Shown here piece after piece: positions 61,911 through 64,000 of a DNA stretch of 64,000 bases. The notes beneath the pieces are model-generated. The model made no database searches and was not told where the DNA came from. It worked only from the letters and a program-made list of their open reading frames with translations. Position numbers and translations under genes: made by a program. Each line of letters starts with the position of its first letter. Within the stretch, counting starts at the first letter, position 1. Origin of the DNA: Trichosphaerium sp. ATCC 40318 (Eukaryota > Protista > Tubulinea); contig JALMLS010000039.1 in NCBI GenBank assembly GCA_038496445.1, positions 1 to 64,000 on the forward strand. Reading direction: 5' to 3'.

Positions 61911-64000
61911 CTAATCCACTTGCATTGCTGTAGGTGCTGATTGTGCTTCATCAAGACCACGTTGTCTTTGTGCATATTGGTTTTGAAGAGTATTCTCAAT
62001 ATCAAGGACTTCACGAACACGTTCTTGTCCGTCTTTAATACGATTAGCAATAGCAACTTCCTCTGCCTTCATAACTCTATCTGTCATACTAACATCAGAA
62101 TCAAGCTCTTCAATATCCTCACAAAGCTGTGCAATATTCTTCCAAAGCGCTTGAGATCGTTTCTAGACATTTATAAGTATCAAAACAAACAACAAACACC
62201 AAACACTCAAAAAGCGAAAAAAGAAAAAAAAAACAAGCAAAAAAAGAAAAACGTGACAAAAAGACGTACGAGGTATCCACCATGATAAATACCAACACGC
62301 TTCAACAAAGCATTGTTTCGATTAACAGTCGCGTTAAACTCATCATCAAGAAGATCTAAAGAATGATTCAAAGCGTCAACATGATCCCTAGTAGGAGCCT
62401 TTGACTTTAAAGCAAACTTATTAGGTGGTAACAAAATCATATCATCATTAGTAACATCCCACATTGAATTAAAATGTTCCTGATCAATCTCAGAGCTACC
62501 ACGAACATTCCTTAGTTCAGCATCAATAGCTGCTCTAGCTGATTTCATCTGTGCACTAGAAAATAGATCATATTCATGTCTATCAACAGAAACAGGTGAA
62601 GAAACTCCTTTCTTTGGAAAAAGAGTACAATCATGTCCCATGATTCTGAGCATCTCCTCTTTAATAAGATCAGAAGGCTCGACTGATGACCCCTTCTTTC
62701 CCTTCTTCTTCTTTCCAATATAAAGAGAAGATACAGAAACAGGTCTAGGCAGATCTCTCTTCATAACAATAGAACGAACTCTAAGCTTCTCTTCAAGTTC
62801 AGCTTGTTTCTTTGCTGTCATCTCTTGCTCAATATCAAGAGCATCCTTGATGGTAGTTGATGTTCCATGGAAAGGTTTGTCACTCTCCTCTTCTTCTATC
62901 TCTGGTATAGCAATCTCTACATCGTTCTTGGCCTTTGGAAGGGAAGCTAAACCAGCCTTAAGGCTTCTAATTTGGGATTTATGTCGATCTCTGTCAGACA
63001 TTGTTTCATCACGCAACATCTCGTCTCTGATTTAAGTGTTAGATGATGAGGTTCACGTTAAAAAATCTCTAGTACGTACTCATCATTGATTCCCATATTA
63101 TCTCTAACAGGTGTACGAGAAGGCGTCCTTGAAGAAGATACACTAAAGAGCGGCATAAGACTCTGAACTCAAAAAAAAAAAAAAGAAAAGAAAAAAGACA
63201 ATACAAAACCGTTTTTTGCTTTCGTACCCTCCTGGAGTAGCATAAGGGTTAGGCGTTGATTGCATAGATGATCTTGGTGTAACACCGCTGAAATCAGAAT
63301 CAAGTATATCTGGATTTTCTCCTCCACGGAGTGGTGTTTGAGCAGCTTGCATCGCCTATTAAAACAGTTATTTTCTGATCAACTTTTTTTCTTTCCTCAA
63401 CGTACGTATATGTTTTGAGCCTCTTTAGCTAATATATCACTACGGTTAGGCGTTCTAAGAGGTGTTCCTCTACCAGGTGTAGCACCACCAAATCCACCAG
63501 GACGTCCAGGTGTAGCTACTGGTGTATAAGAGCTAACAAGACCTTTAGTGACTTGAGAACGATCCTCGTCATCATCATCAGCTGCTGGATTATAATTTGC
63601 TTTCTGTATCTGTCTTAGCTCCTCATCTGTAACTTGTGTAGCAGGTAATTTAAGCTTCTCCCTTCTAGTCAACTCTTCATCTTCAGTCTTTTTACCAAGA
63701 GCAAAAGGAAGATTTTCTTCAAGCTTTTTCCTTTCTTTTAATCTATCTTGTCGTCTCATTTTTAACTCCTCCTCATGTCTACGACGACCCTCAAGATCAG
63801 AGAGCTTACGCCTCTTAAACTCAAAAGGCTTATTACCCTTCTCATCGGATGTATCGTAAAAACCAGGTTGTGGTTGATGAAAAAACGGAATTTCTCTTTC
63901 GTAATCAATACCCTTAATCTTACGCCTTCTTCGTCTTGATGGAAGCTCTAAAACAACACGTGTTATTATCATCGTTGACTTTAAATATCACGTGTAATAC
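61911..64000 (-). CDS. CDC5L: CDC5L/Cef1 splicing factor, 3' part (5' end outside window)
   Basis: KGIDYEREIPFFHQPQPGFYDT, KLKLPATQVTDEEL, RTPNRSDILAKEAQN, QTPLRGGENP, TPVRDNMGIN, LASLPKAKNDVEI, RDLPRP. Confidence 0.93.

Noticed and set aside
1-64000. tRNA/rRNA genes
   Set aside because: No cloverleaf or rRNA-like segment recognised by eye; a tRNAscan/Rfam run is needed to exclude them.

Overview
Intron-rich, AT-rich eukaryotic genomic DNA (short ~40-110 bp introns, standard genetic code). It is probably a free-living protist, possibly an amoebozoan; that assignment is inference. Two conserved housekeeping genes bracket the window: the 3' part of TOR (1-8716, +) and the 3' part of CDC5L (61911-64000, -). 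Between them is a fast-evolving region. It holds five paralogs (plus an orphan last exon) of a signal-peptide / one-LRR-per-exon / Cys-rich / hydrophobic-tail surface receptor family. Two of these carry unrelated DNA transposons in the same homologous ~50-bp intron: a 3.14-kb MULE with an 8-bp TSD and a 1.35-kb TA-TSD element. It also holds three paralogs of a MORN-repeat + SAM + PARP-type (H-Y-E) ADP-ribosyltransferase gene, a tankyrase-like layout with variable MORN arrays; one copy lacks the catalytic His. Other genes: a degenerate 14-3-3, an atypical (predicted GTPase-dead) Rho, F-box-LRR and F-box-MORN2 genes, a C-type-lectin receptor pseudogene sharing the LRR family's membrane-proximal domain, an SLC4/BOR1 transporter, an M14 carboxypeptidase, a CBM6 protein and a membrane dual-specificity phosphatase. 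Window-wide signals: the palindrome CACGTG is roughly 10-fold over-represented, and several introns need GC or GA donors. Exon structures were assembled by eye.
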